Source: Eledone cirrhosa (Eukaryota). From it: a stretch of DNA of 64,000 nt. The stretch is from contig OZ024742.1 of the NCBI GenBank assembly GCA_964016885.1, positions 316,634,001 to 316,698,000 on the forward strand. The letters run 5' to 3'. Made by a program: the position numbers and the translations under genes. Every line of letters begins with the position of its first letter. The stretch's first letter is position 1. This document shows, one piece after another, positions 13,213 through 27,017 of this stretch. The notes beneath the pieces are model-generated. The model saw only the letters and a list, made by a program, of their open reading frames with translations, was not told the DNA's origin and made no database searches.

Positions 13213-13236
13213 AGTCGTTTGGAAGCCTCGGCAAAT
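11221..13236 (-). mobile_element. 5'-truncated PLE of a second lineage, with an inverted pLTR copy (about 11315-11860 vs 12615-13160)
   Basis: Coding remnant at 11930-12615 (-); long inverted repeat; HHR-like GGATGTGAATCC-GAAATATATAGGG with a degenerate 5' core. Confidence 0.8.
11930..12615 (-). pseudogene. PLE thumb/linker/GIY-YIG remnant
   Basis: ALPNSAKRGYITNEV..LETNEYP; CSLRDCP..CCLRTYVVYKIECDRCNQYYIGSTIRLLHIRIKEH..IKEALFIKRLQPQIN. Confidence 0.85.
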
Positions 13237-13250
13237 ATTATATATATATG

Positions 13251-13281
<31 letters not shown>

Positions 13282-13417
13282 GCAAAGTTTTATTTAAATT
13301 GTTGGGTTACAACGAGTAAATATTTATAACTGATATAAAAGCACTCAACAAGTATTTGGAGTATATTTACGATATTAAATAAATGGAAACTATATTTATA
13401 AAACCATATTTATTTCA

Positions 13418-13472
13418 TTATATATATTTCAGGGATATCATATTAAAAATATGGTATGCCTTCTTCAGACAA
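13418..13472 (-). ncRNA. Minimal type I HHR of the PLE pLTR
   Basis: Reverse complement of 18064-18118. Confidence 0.75.
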
Positions 13473-13732
13473 AATACAATATAAACAGTTTTATAAATAG
13501 ATAGATTTGACATACCTTACAACTTCAACTTCCATTTAAAAAGTTGATTTGGTAGTGAAAAATGTTAGGGACAGTTATAAAAAGAAAGAAAGAAAAAAAG
13601 CGAAGAAAAAGAAGAAATGCATGCAACTAAATAGAGAGAGATAGATATAGAGAGATATATAGAGAGAAGAAATTCATGTAAAGAAACAGAGAGAGATAGA
13701 TAGAGAGAGAAAAAACACAGAGGGAGATAGAT

Positions 13733-13764
<32 letters not shown>

Positions 13765-14874
13765 AAAAAATAGAGAGAGATAGATATGGATAGAGATAGA
13801 GAGAAAGAAAATAGGTAGTTGGGCACCAGTTGAATGACGTATCAATGATATATTTATTTATCTATTTATTTATTTATTTAGTTCTAGTATTAAGGTAGAG
13901 AGAGATATATGTGGTTAGGAGAGAAAACAGCCGTTACATAGAGAGAAAAGAAAAATATCCAGATATAAACGAGGCAGATTTAAAACATTATGTTTCATCA
14001 ATGTAAAAATATCAATTCGTATGAATTAGGTATTATAATGTAAATATCAGTATTCATGAATGAGACACGTATCAATAATGTGTGAAAAATAATGATCATA
14101 TGTCTAGTTTAAAATTGCTAGGTTTATATCAGAGTTGAGTTAAAAAACTGAGATAATAAACTGAGATAAACAACTTTTAAAAAAAATTGAAATACATAAG
14201 TATATATGCACTTTCATGAAAAAAGAAAAAGAAAAAGAAAATAGAAGGTTATCCCAGATTCGATACTATAGACTTCCATGTGAATTTACGTGATCAACTC
14301 TGCAAATTCCTATTTCACATGAAAACATTCTCATTGTGCTATAAAAATTCTAGTATACATATATGTGTACATACACACAAATATATATAGAATCTACATT
14401 AATTTTAACAATACTATTCTTGTCTTTACTCTACATGATTATCGTTCAAGCATAAATAGACAACAGATATCAATATATCAATAAAAATATCAAAAAATTA
14501 AAAAATATTAAAAATAAAACACAGTATGCCTCGCAAATCAACCACAGAGATCAACCCTTCAAAATTAATTGACAATATATTGCCAAGTTCATAATAAGCA
14601 TCAGAATCAAAAGCAAACAAAACCAAAATTATTTACCTAATCCTGTCTAGCAGAAATCATTCCAAAAGTTTAGGATACCCATTTGATTTACAGATGGTCT
14701 TATATTTATTATAGAAGTTTATCTAGTGTAAAATGTATTCGATATATTTGGAGCATCAGCTTTTAGGGTAGTTTAATTATTCATGAAGAATGTTTAAAAA
14801 AAAAAAAAAAAAAAAAAGAAATCGAAAGATTTATCGGCGAGTTTCATAAATAATTATAAATCCAAGTAAATATA

Positions 14875-16308
14875 CTACATTTTAAATTTATATTTATATT
14901 TAAAAGTTGAGTTCAATCTATGTCTGCAGCAACTGAATAAATTTGTCCGTAAATTAAGGGAATTTTTAGATTTTAGTATAAAGAATATCTCCTCCGCGCA
15001 GAGGTCACATGTCTCAGAGGATGAATTAAAAGGAATCCCTCTTGAGACTATATTCCAATCCGTCGAATATCCAACGTTATCATGCTTAAGTTGCCAGAGT
15101 AAGCCTGATAGTGGTGTTGAAGATTTTTTGCTTGGATCTGTGAAAGAATTCTTGTGGTTATTATAGCGAAGTTTAAATTCTGTCGAGGTGGAACCAACAT
15201 AGTTAAAAGAATTTAAGTCCGTTTTAACATTACAGTTGTATATTATATTTTTAACTAAGCAATTGTTATTTAACGGACATTTAGATCTATCTCTACAGTT
15301 ACATTTGTTTACTTGGATATTATTTATGCTATTATCGGTATTTTGGCTAGGTTTTAAATTCCTATTATTTATTCTATTAATATTTTGTGCTAAATTTTTG
15401 GTGGATGAGTAGGTTAATTTTATAGTATGTCTATTGAAAATTGAGTGATACCTATGTGTTCTAGGGAAGCGATTATCAAGAGCATTAAAAAATAGTTTAG
15501 CGATGTGGGTTTTAATGTTTAGTGAGAAAGGGGGGGCAAACCATATTATATTCCTAGTTCTATTTCTTTTTTGGCTTTTGGAATTATTGTAATGCTTTCT
15601 ATTATAGTTGTTAAAGTTGTTGCCGTAATTAAAATTGTTGTTATTTTGGTTAGTTTGTCTATTATTATCTATGTACATAATTTTATCACTATATCCTGCC
15701 CTAGCTAACGCTTCATTGTAATACTGGGCTTTTTCGTCGAAAATCTTTTTATTAGATGAGATTCTAGAGATACGTTTTTGAACAGAGTTCACTATAGTAT
15801 TTTTAACAGATCTGGGGTGGTTAGAGTTAAAACTGACATAGTTTAAGTTTTCATTCAACCTGTGAAATGGATAGTGAAGACATGTGTTGAGATTTAATGT
15901 TACATCTAGGAAATCGACTATTCTATGGTTATTCTCAATTTCTATTTTTAGATTAAAGTAATTAAAAAATTGTGTAATTTGTTTTCTTTTTCTATCTAGT
16001 TCAGAGTTATTATTTTCAATAAGTAAAAGCATGTCATCTCTATATAAACCTCCGGTAGCACCGGGTATTTTCCTATGCAGCGAATTGATTATAAATAGGC
16101 CCACAAGGTCAGTTACCTGAGCTGAGTCGGATGATCCCATAGTAATGTCGAAATTGTTATCTCTATCTGCTCTGGTCCATAGTTGGTCATTAAATTCTAT
16201 CAATGTTTTCCTAGCCGATAATATAATGTGCATTTCATTGCTAGTTAGGTCTGTATGTTTGAATGCGTAATTTAGTGCCTTATTTAGTAGATTAGGGGTA
16301 ATAGATAA
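14875..16308 (-). CDS. 5'-truncated, uninterrupted PLE polyprotein: RT (motifs B-E, thumb), linker Zn finger, GIY-YIG endonuclease; Hydra-like type
   Basis: TMGSSDSAQVTDLVG, GLYRDD, VDFLDVTLNL, SNHP, IIWFAPPFS, CNCRDRSKCPLNNNC, IIY..YVGSTST.FK.RYNNH, CDLCAEE, CRHR; frame stays open upstream of the M up to the inversion point. Confidence 0.9.
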   Translation of the reverse strand, partial: LSITPNLLNKALNYAFKHTDLTSNEMHIILSARKTLIEFNDQLWTRADRDNNFDITMGSSDSAQVTDLVGLFIINSLHRKIPGATGGLYRDDMLLLIENNNSELDRKRKQITQFFNYFNLKIEIENNHRIVDFLDVTLNLNTCLHYPFHRLNENLNYVSFNSNHPRSVKNTIVNSVQKRISRISSNKKIFDEKAQYYNEALARAGYSDKIMYIDNNRQTNQNNNNFNYGNNFNNYNRKHYNNSKSQKRNRTRNIIWFAPPFSLNIKTHIAKLFFNALDNRFPRTHRYHSIFNRHTIKLTYSSTKNLAQNINRINNRNLKPSQNTDNSINNIQVNKCNCRDRSKCPLNNNCLVKNIIYNCNVKTDLNSFNYVGSTSTEFKLRYNNHKNSFTDPSKKSSTPLSGLLWQLKHDNVGYSTDWNIVSRGIPFNSSSETCDLCAEEIFFILKSKNSLNLRTNLFSCCRHRLNSTFKYKYKFKM

Positions 16309-17769
16309 AACGGACTTAAATTCTTTTAACTATGTTGGTTCCACCTCGACAGAATTTAAACTTCGCTATAATAACCACAAGAATTCTTTCACAGATCCAA
16401 GCAAAAAATCTTCAACATCACTATCAGGCTTACTCTGGCAACTTAAGCATGATAACGTTGGATATTCGACGGCTTGGAATATAGTCTCAAGAGGGATTCC
16501 TTTTAATTCATCCTCTGAGACATGTGACCTCTGCGCGCAGGAGATATTCTTTATACTAAAATCTAAAAATTCCCTTAATTTACGGACAAATTTATTCAGT
16601 TGCTGCAGACATAGATTGAACTCAACTTTTAAATATAAATATAAATTTAAAATGTAGTATATTTACTTTGATTTATAATTATTTATGAAACTCGCCGATA
16701 AATCTTTCGATTTCTTTTTATTTTTTTAATTTTTTTTTAAACATTCTTCATGAATAATTAAACTACCCTAAAAGCTGATGCTCCAAATATATCGAATAAA
16801 TTTTACACTAGATAAACTTCTATAATAAATATAAGACCATCTGTAGATCAAATGGGTATCCTAAACTTTTAGAATGATTTCTGCTAGACAGGATTTGGTA
16901 AATAATTTTGGTTTTGTTTGCTTTTGATTCTGATGCTTATTATGAACTTGGCAATATATTGTCAATTAATTTTGAAGGGTTGATCTCTGTGGTTGATTTG
17001 CGGGGCATACTGTTTTTTATTTTTAATATTTTTTAATTTTTTAATATTTTTATTGATATATTGATATCTGTTGTCTATTTATGCTTGAACGATAATCATG
17101 TAGAGTAAAGACAAGAATAGTATTGTTAAAATTAATGTAGATTCTATATATATTTGTGTGTATGTACACATATATGTATACTAAAATTTTTATAGCACAA
17201 TGAGAATGTTTTCATGTGAAATAGGAATTTGCAGAGTTGATCACGTAAATTCACATGGAAGTCTATAGTATCAAATCTGGGATAACCTTCTATTTTCTTT
17301 TTCTTTTTCTTTTTTCATGAAAGTGCATATATACTTATGTATTTCAATTTTTTTTTAAAGTTGTTTATCTCAGTTTTTTATTTCAGTTTTTTAACTCAAC
17401 TCTGATATAAACCTAGCAATTTTAAACTAGACATATGATCATTATTTTTCACACATTATTGATACGTGTCTCATTCATGAATACTGATATTTACATTATA
17501 ATACCTAATTCATACGAATTGATATTTTTACATTGATGAAACATAATGTTTTAAATCTGCCTCGTTTATATCTGGATATTTTTCTTTTCTCTCTATGTAA
17601 CGGCTGTTTTCTCTCCTAACCACATATATCTCTCTCTACCTTAATACTAGAACTAAATAAATAAATAAATAAATAAATAAATATATCATTGATACGTCAT
17701 TCAACTGGTGCCCAACTACCTATTTTCTTTCTCTCTATCTCTATCTATATCTATCTCTCTCTATTTGTT

Positions 17770-17801
<32 letters not shown>

Positions 17802-18063
17802 CTATCTATCTCCCTCTGTGTTTTTTCTCTCTCTATCTATCTCTCTCTGTTTCTTTACATGAATTTCTTCTCTCTATCTATCTCTCTATATCTATCTCTC
17901 TCTATTTAGTTGCATGCATTTCTTCTTTTTCTTCGCTTTTTTTCTTTCTTTCTTTTTATAACTGTCCCTAACATTTTTCACTACCAAATCAACTTTTTAA
18001 ATGGAAGTTGAAGTTGTAAGGTATGTCAAATCTATCTATTTATAAAACTGTTTATATTGTATC

Positions 18064-18118
18064 TTGTCTGAAGAAGGCATACCATATTTTTAATATGATA
18101 TCCCTGAAATATATATAA
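18064..18118 (+). ncRNA. Minimal type I HHR of the PLE pLTR
   Basis: CTGAAGA 18068-18074; stem II AGG.ATA.CATATT/AATATG.TAT.CCT; GAAA 18106-18109; TATA stem III; AATAAA downstream; stem I weak. Confidence 0.75.
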
Positions 18119-18165
18119 TGAAATAAATATGGTTTTATAAATATAGTTTCCATTTATTTGATATC

Positions 18166-18214
<49 letters not shown>

Positions 18215-20136
18215 CAATATTTGCTATCATTGAAATTAGAATTGAAATATGTTCACATGAATGAAAATAAGTCAGATACGTATAAGATACGCAAGAACAC
18301 GCCCAAGGTCAAACGCAATCAGCACATTGAAGTTGATATATTTTGTTATACCAGAATATATATTCTTTATATCATGAAGACATGAGATATCTTTTAAATT
18401 TATGTCTATTGTATGTGAAGCTCAACAACTACGAAGAAAAAAGTTATATTCTGCATACTAAATATGTTAACATTCTATCTTCCCTTGTTCTTTCAATTGC
18501 ACTATTTACTTGTGTAGCTAAGCTTGAATAACATCCGTGAATTGTTGCCTGGTAAAAATTTGGCAGTGGAAATGTGATAGTTTAACTTACTTATAAAATA
18601 TATATGAAAACTATGCAACTCAATAAAACAAATTTATTAGACTGACAGTCTTTTTTCTAATCAATATACAAACACTTTCTTTCGCGTGCAATATATAATG
18701 ACATTTGGTATTATGTATAGGAAGCCGATCTCTCAGACTTTTACGAAGGTCTGAGGGGATAAAGTTGATAGAAAGACTAGTTATTTCGTGCACATAGATG
18801 CTATAAAATAGCTTAGAATAGGGTGAATACCTTTAAATACGAAAAAGTTGTCATCGGGCGTCGTGGGGAATCGAAAGCCATCTCCCAGATACCAGATAGG
18901 CGCTTTAAAGCAGCTTCTTTTTCCATCTTTAAGAGTCGTCATCCTATTTTATAAGCTATTCTATAGCATCTCCCAAATGAGTACACCATTCTTTATATTT
19001 GACATTACTTCATCAATATCCAATATTTTTGTCAGAACAAATAATCTCCATTGCAGAACTGCAACTTTTAGTTATTTTCTGAACTACATCCGACAATAAC
19101 GGGCTGTTCATTTGAGATTTGCGGAAACATTTTTCAAGTTGGACTGGCCATAACGTTTATTTCTTCTTAGTCTCTTCTGTTGAAATAGTGTGTTGTCTTC
19201 TAGTAGCTTTATGATGTTCTTAAATTAATGTATTCTATAGAAAAACATTTCCTAATTTTGTCAAACTAATATTTATTTCACTTGGCTTCTCATTTGAAGA
19301 GAGATAGATAGATAGATAGAGAACGAGAGGGGGAGAGAGAGAGGGTGAGAGGGAGAATAAGAGAGTAAGAGTAAGATTGAGAGAATCAAAGACAGATTGG
19401 ACTATACAGGAGACTGTCTTAGTTTCCAACCCAAAATAACGCTATTTTGATATTTTCGTCTATCATTCCATTTTGTTCCATTGAATAACATTTATTCTTA
19501 ACTGTTCAGTTGCAATTTTCTGCCTTTCTACACGTTGTTGAATTTTTTGTAGTAGTAGCCGGTAGGATTTGGGATGTTTTACGTTCACGGATATTCAGGG
19601 ATTTAGTTTTGTGTCAAATATTGTGAGGATTCGTAGTCAGGATAACTGATATTTGGGTAAAATATATGTTTATTTTTTTCATTTATTGTACACTTGAATG
19701 ATTTAACTTATTAATAATTTTTATGAAGTTCATTACCTGCGCATCACTTAACAAACATGCATTTACAGTCTCGGGGAAATCCCATCAGATATGCAGACAT
19801 ACACCGCTTCACACAAATAGGCATAAATAACATGTACACATGTACTTAAACTGCTTCAGACGCATATATATAAATATATATACAGATGCATGCCTGCACA
19901 CGGGCATACTGAAATATTTACGAGACTGTGTATACATTGATAGACCTCTCAGTGTACACACGCAATCATATATAAACCCCCTGAAAGCACCTAATGCGTT
20001 TATATAAATATATTCATTCACTCTCTCTCGCTCACTCTCTCACACACACACATATAAACACATACATACACACACCACACACACTCAAACTATACGCCTT
20101 GGAATATATAATGTGTATGTATGAATCTATATGCAC

Positions 20137-20239
20137 TTAATTTTGCAGCAGCTGTTTGAAGCAACCTTCATGCGGACGGAAAACGTGCTGAGTGTCAGAA
20201 TATTTGCATGAATCTACTTCAAGTTTTCCTATAGTCTTC
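20137..20239 (-). CDS. Possible terminal coding exon of an unidentified host gene (KTIGKLEVDSCKYSDTQHVFRPHEGCFKQLLQN*)
   Basis: Good acceptor TCTTATTTGTCTCCTTATTTCAG on -, open 33 codons to TAA, non-repetitive sequence; no homology recognised. Confidence 0.25.
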
Positions 20240-20349
20240 CTGAAATAAGGAGACAAATAAGACTGTAATTTTTAGCTTTAATCCTGCATCCTCATTGATG
20301 GATAGTTCATATGACGTGTTTTACTTTTTATAAAGTATAATACATATAA

Positions 20350-20546
20350 TCGTTTCTTATATAGGCATAAGTCCAGCATTTTGGGAGCGGGGTGGGGGTG
20401 AGTCGATCAAATCGACCCCATTGCGTCATTGGTACTTTATTCTATCGATCCCGTGAGGATGAAATGCAAAGTTAACCTCGCGGATTTTGAACTGAGATCA
20501 TAAAGGGCTGTCCGCCCGTCTACCAATACTGCCAATCCACCGCCCT
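20350..20546 (-). mobile_element. Octopus-type tRNA-derived SINE
   Basis: Reverse complement of GGCGGTGGATTGGCAGTAT..CAGTTCAAAATCCGCGAGGTTAACTTTGCATTTCATCC.. Confidence 0.8.
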
Positions 20547-21324
20547 CATAGTACATTTAATGAATGCTGTAAAACTTCGTAGAAGTGACATAGAAGAATC
20601 ATTTAGCCCGCTATTTTGAGAATTGCTATCAGATTTTCCATGCCTGTGGTCAAATTAATTTATTTTGTGGTAGCTATTACATTATATTCATCGATGATTG
20701 TATGTTTTCCATTCAAATTTGCATTGCCGAAAAACCCCTCACGCTACATGTGTTTACGTGCATCAAGGAACTTACTGAAAACATTATTGTATTTGACATT
20801 ATGTGTAAATTGCTTCACTAAATGAACCACATCCTGCAAATGAGAGATTTATTTTGTTATACGTTGTTTCAAATGCAAATCTGTACAACAATTCACGACC
20901 AATCTTTTATGTTTTTTTACATTTCTAGTTTCCTTTATTTTCTCCCTCCCGCGCGTGGATATTAATTCATTTAAAATGCCTATCAATTTCATTCTTAATT
21001 GAAACTTATACTAAGATTGGTTCATTGTATTGATTTGACACCGCTGTAGTTTGTCTTATGAGAATTTCTTTATCACCGAAACTGACATTTCTTGATTGTC
21101 CTTTTCATCCGGGGAATATCTATTTTATATATATATATCAATATAATAATACAAGGACGATTTGTTAAGCCTTCATTACGTTTATTGATTGGTGACGCGT
21201 GTTTCGCTATTGATCAGCTGAAGGCCCTTGTATTATTATATTACACTCTGTCTAGCTCTAAACCTCGCCACTGACGTGAACCTAAACATCGATTGCTTAC
21301 CTACAGTAACTTCACGTTACACCC

Positions 21325-21429
<105 letters not shown>

Positions 21430-21613
21430 CACTCTGACCAGTGGCATTTAAATTTTAGTAATTGTTTCTTCTTTTTAACGCAACGCCACCAATTATCCCA
21501 GTGCAATAATGATTTAATAATACGAACTTAATTGGCTATTGAGTGAGTGGGGAAACGGCCGAAGCTATGTCCATTCTATTCGATAAGCTTCGTATCTTAA
21601 TTATATACATCTG

Positions 21614-21690
<77 letters not shown>

Positions 21691-22228
21691 TTATCTATAA
21701 ATATATATAGCTAGCATTCATTGCTGATATGGTTACAACCGTTTTATTCCATAGCCTTATTACGTAATCAGTGAGCCTCATGGAATAGTTTGAATATCAT
21801 TTCTGAGGCATGTGCGCATACAACACATGCAGACGTACACATACTAACCCCACCCCAACTTTAATGATTCTCTATTGGGTATACTTAATAAGACTGTAAC
21901 CACTATAGAAAAGAAAGAAAAAATATGAGGAGAAAATGAATGAATATTTAGATACCCATTAATATGAAGTATATCTAATTTGAAAAGCTGTCAGATTCAT
22001 CGTCATAATATGATTAATTTGAAACAACAAGTATATCTGCATAATATTGCAGATACCACTCTGCTTCAAAAATATGTATACGTGCTGGATACTGCCCTTG
22101 TGTATTGTTTTTGTGTTTCTGTGCTTGTTCGGATAGGTCTGTGTGTGGGGAAACTAAGCATGCGTTTACGTGTGTGCGCGCGCGCGCGTCTCTGTGTGTA
22201 TATGTGTGTGTTTCTGTGTGTGTCTGAC

Positions 22229-22261
<33 letters not shown>

Positions 22262-22947
22262 CTGTGTGTTGGGGGTTGTGTAAACGTAGGTGAACATGAG
22301 AAAATGATGAATGGAAATCGATATTCAGACGAACAACAGTTTATAGTGAGCATCGATCGCTTCGATGAAGTGGTGTGAAGGACATATTTCTAGTAAAATA
22401 AGTGAGACTAGATATTTTTCTGAAATATGCAGTCTCTTTTGCTCTTCCCCTCTTTCATTCTCTTTCTCTGACCAATCACTTTATCTGCCCATATCTATCT
22501 TTGTCTCCTTCCCTCACCTTCTGGCTACATTCACAACATTGTAACTGCTTATTTAAATATCAAAATAGACACATCTCATTATGCTTTCATCTACCCAACA
22601 ATTTCCACTCTAGAACTCCTATTATAATTCTAATATTAGCAAATTGAGTCAGAATTTTAAAATAAATCAATTGAGCGATTTTTGGAAGAAAATAACTTTT
22701 CTCTTCCTTCATTATTATTATCTGAATGTTCTGAATGTGCCAATGTGGTCTTGAACAACCAGGTTGTAATTGAACATCAAGGTTGTACTAAAGTAGTACT
22801 AATCGATGGAATATTGTACGTCATGTACAATTTTAGTAAGATGGTGGCCAGACCCAAAATTCCCCATATGTACAGTCGTCGATATAGATAAGACCAATTA
22901 TTCAGTCAAGGTACTGGGAAATAACTGAATCGTTCGTGGCTCTAAAA

Positions 22948-23238
22948 CAGGCATGGGCAACCTTTTTCAAGAAGCGGGCCGCATGAGATATGGCTCATCA
23001 TCAGGCGAGCCGCAAGGGCTAATTTACATTCGTGTTTACATTAAAAAAAGCGCGGTAACTGAGGTTGTTTTGATTTGTTTCTTCAGAATTCGCACACCGT
23101 TCTTTTCCACGATCGTAAAAATGATAGAAAGATAAATTACGACTGAAAATTTGTGGTAAAAATATCAGAAAGATTTCACTTAGGTGACTTAGGCGAGCCA
23201 TTCATAGAGCGTCGCGGACCGCAGGTTGCCCATGACTG
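22948..23238. mobile_element. hAT (Charlie-like) MITE, 291 bp
   Basis: TIRs CAGGCATGGGCAACCT / AGGTTGCCCATGACTG and a perfect 8-bp TSD CTCTAAAA (22940-22947, 23239-23246). Confidence 0.9.
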
Positions 23239-23439
23239 CTCTAAAACGTTTCAATGTCTGGATTATCCAATTAGTTAAGTTGTACTTGACGGGTGCCCTT
23301 ATTAATAATAAAGATAAAGATCCCATAACTCCTTGTAGAGTCGTAGAGGCACCGTCATACGGCGTGTCTAGTCACATTTAAACCTGGTGGAGCCCAACCA
23401 TCTCCAGGTTTGAACACAGCCGATGTTTTCTATAGAGGA

Positions 23440-23602
23440 TGAATCGAGCCCAGTACTGGAGTGATACTTTTTTATCGACCGCGAAAGGATGAAAAGCAAA
23501 GTCGACCTCGGTGGGATTTGAACTCAGAGCGCGCAAATAGGTGGGATCAATACCGTAAAGCATTCTATCCGATGTCTTAACGACTCTGCCAATTCGCCGC
23601 CT
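23440..23602 (-). mobile_element. Octopus-type tRNA-derived SINE
   Basis: GGCGGCGAATTGGCAGAGTCGTTA..CTGAGTTCAAATCCCACCGAGGTCGACTTTGCTTTTCATCC on -. Confidence 0.8.
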
Positions 23603-23940
23603 AGATTATGGCAGGAAACTGGTGAGTTTAAGAAAGAAACTAAAAGCCTAATCATAACATCCCAATTACAAGATGTTCTTATTAAAGCGAAAATACACAA
23701 ATCTAAGGTGACGCTTGTACTCTTTCTATACCAAGCAACTACAACCACTTACAAAGTAGACTTGTCCTTCCCATTGCATATTCTGAATTAGTTATTCTTA
23801 ATAGATTTGTGAACTTTCGCTTTAATAAGATTACACTGTAAAGCTTGTAATTGAGAAGTTATGATCAGTCTTTTGTTATTTTTTCTTAAACTCTCCAGTT
23901 GAGTGTCGTAACCAGCATTTCTTTGCTACCCATTCATTGG

Positions 23941-23997
23941 TTTACCTGAAATGCTGTTTATAGGGATTTTGTCCCTATAAACAGCATTTCAGGTAAA
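23941..23997. repeat. Perfect 26-bp inverted repeat with a 5-nt spacer
   Basis: TTTACCTGAAATGCTGTTTATAGGGA / TCCCTATAAACAGCATTTCAGGTAAA. Confidence 0.9.
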
Positions 23998-25584
23998 TTC
24001 TTTCTCCTTACTCTTCTTCTTTTTGCATCTGTTTGCATTTTCAAACGCCACTCCTCAGAACACCTTTACTATAGATATGTTTTTGTGAACGTTTCATCAC
24101 ACATTCCTCAAGTTTACATTCTACTATATCAGCACAATTTCCAATAGATATTAACTCTCATCTCTTTTCCTTGGGAGATATATTTTAACCACACTGTCAC
24201 TTGCCTGAAATGTTCTGTGCATCGTCATAGTCTTTCTTGATATTCTATCAATCTGTTTGAAATGTTTTCCATTGATCAATACAAGATTGCTGGAGAGTAT
24301 TTCAATAACGATACTACCCAGGTGTTAACTGTTGTGGTACTTTACCTCTATTAAGTTTCGAAATTAATACTTTCTTTACTCCCCTAAAATATTCACAGAT
24401 CAGATCGGGTTGCGCAGACATATGACCAAAGACAAATTAACAGTGACTATCCTGCATTCAAATCGGAAACCTTATCTGAAAAGTCCTTTCATGTTTAAGA
24501 CTGCTAGGTGTGATTTGAGTAAGATGTGGCTAATATTTCTAGCTGTAAACTTTCTACTATATCTTTTATTAAGCTAAATAAATCTTCAGTGAGTTCAGTA
24601 ATATCCTTTGCTTCTCTGACAAAAGCAATATATAAATAAACATGAGTTTCTGGAGTAATCTTTTCTTGTTGAATATAACATTATGTTCAGTTTATTAAGT
24701 TTGTGATGTCTAAAACAAATTTAGAAATGGAAACGTCTGAAGAAGATTCTAAAATTGTGAGTTGATGTATGGTACGATAAAGTTAATTTCAAAAAAGTTT
24801 TGTTTTCAATTTACTGTTGTTGCTGTTGTAAACAGTTTTATTTATAAAGATATGTGGTATTGGAATATTAACATTTAGATAAGTCTGAGATGATTGTACA
24901 GTGTTCGGCTGGTCTGTATACATTTGAGTATGTGAGCAAGATAGACGAGTAACGCATTACTTGAGAGTAGTTTAGATATTTTATTCTATCTTATCCCTCG
25001 AGATGTAATGAATTCTCATTTACTGTTCATTTCCTACAATTCAAATCTGTCTGGTACCGCCTACATATAAGAAAATCATTCAACCACTGTTGCAACTAAA
25101 GCTCGTTAAATTTGTTTCTCTACAATTTAGTCAGGGGAAGACCGATAGCGCATAACCTGGTGACATTAATGTAAGTGGTTTACAGTTTGAATTTCTGAAG
25201 TACGAGGCTATTATACAAAATGTAAGCAACACAAAGATTTTCGTGAACAAAGCATTTTAGATTAATTCTTAGAGCATATTTGTGGAGTTGATACACAGTG
25301 CGACGAGAATGACGTACGAATACGATGGATTTATGTGTGTGAGAGACAACGTAATATTTCAGATAGGTACGAACTGATGTAGTAGCGTATATAGAGGATA
25401 AAACTTGTCGGTGTAAAGTGGATGCAGTTTATTATTAGGAAAAAGTAACACAAGCATCGGGTAGAATTTATGCGGTACGTAGTTGAAGAAAGTGAATTGT
25501 TGCAATACCATTTCCTTGGTAAGTGTAGAGTTTGCATCTTTGTACCGTTCAATTAAACCCATTTTTATAGTTATATATATATAC

Positions 25585-25621
<37 letters not shown>

Positions 25622-25631
25622 TATATATATA

Positions 25632-25744
<113 letters not shown>

Positions 25745-25792
25745 ATACATATATATATATACATTATATATATATACATTATATATATATAC

Positions 25793-25851
<59 letters not shown>

Positions 25852-26003
25852 TATATATATATAGATTATATATACATACATTATATATACATACATTATA
25901 TATATATATATTATATATACATACATTATATATACATACATTATATATATATATATATACATTATATATACATTATATATATATATAATATATATATATA
26001 TAT

Positions 26004-26643
26004 AGTTAAAAGAATAGAGGTGTAACACACAAGTTATTATATATTGGTAAACGGAATAGAAAATGCTGACAAATTGTTCACAGTTGAAAAATGGTTTAAT
26101 TAGGAATAAAAGAGTATTAGTGATTGTATGGGTTAGTATTCAGTTGTGGTTTTAAGTTTTTAAGTTTTTACCGGTTGCGCATTTCTAAATGCTTTTCAAA
26201 AATAATTTTGAGATAGAGTGACCGTGTTGTTTGCTCTGATCTGATTAGTTTTGGGAATTCTACCTGTTTTTATGTTAAAAAAGTGGCTCCAGCGTTACTT
26301 TGGTGTTGCAAAAATTCTTGTGGTCAAAACAATTTTGACCTCTACCGACCAATCAAAATTGTTTTGACCACAAGAATTTTTGCAACACAAAAATAACGCT
26401 GGAGCCACTTTTTTAACATAAAAACAGGTAGAATTCCCAAAACTAATCAGATCAGAGCAAACAACACGGACACTCTATCTCAAAATTATTTTTGAAAAGC
26501 ATTTAGAAATGCGCAACCGGTAAAAACTTAAAAACTTAAAACCACAACTGAATACTAACCCATACAATCACTAATACTCTTTTATTCCTAATTAAACCAT
26601 TTTTCAACTGTGAACAATTTGTCAGCATTTTCTATTCCGTTTA

Positions 26644-26650
<7 letters not shown>
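26004..26650. mobile_element. Fold-back solo pLTR related to the Neptune-like PLE pLTR
   Basis: About 300-bp inverted arms; shares GAGCCACTTTTT and TTTTGAAAAGCA..TGCG(C/A)AACCGGTAAA with 32400-32520; (TA)n on both sides. Confidence 0.75.
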
Positions 26651-26713
<63 letters not shown>

Positions 26714-26719
26714 ATATAC

Positions 26720-26831
<112 letters not shown>

Positions 26832-26852
26832 TATATATATATATATATATAC

Positions 26853-26894
<42 letters not shown>

Positions 26895-27017
26895 GAATAT
26901 ATATATATAATGTATATATATATATAATGAATATATATATAATGTATATATATATATAATGTATATATATATATATAATGTATATATATAATGTATATAT
27001 ATAATGTATATATATAA

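Larger units (their letters stand above)
13283..18168. mobile_element. Young fold-back PLE (- arm 13283-16308, + arm 16309-18168)
   Basis: About 1.85-kb near-identical inverted arms (EN C-terminus + 3' UTR + HHR); the - arm has about 85 extra nt of tail; (TA)n on both sides. Confidence 0.9.

Noticed and set aside
18850-18910. tRNA-like sequence on -
   Set aside because: Only a degenerate B box, no cloverleaf; probably a decayed SINE head
25131-25170. Possible 40-nt micro-exon on + (TTTAG..GTAAGT)
   Set aside because: Such sites occur by chance; no partner exons identified
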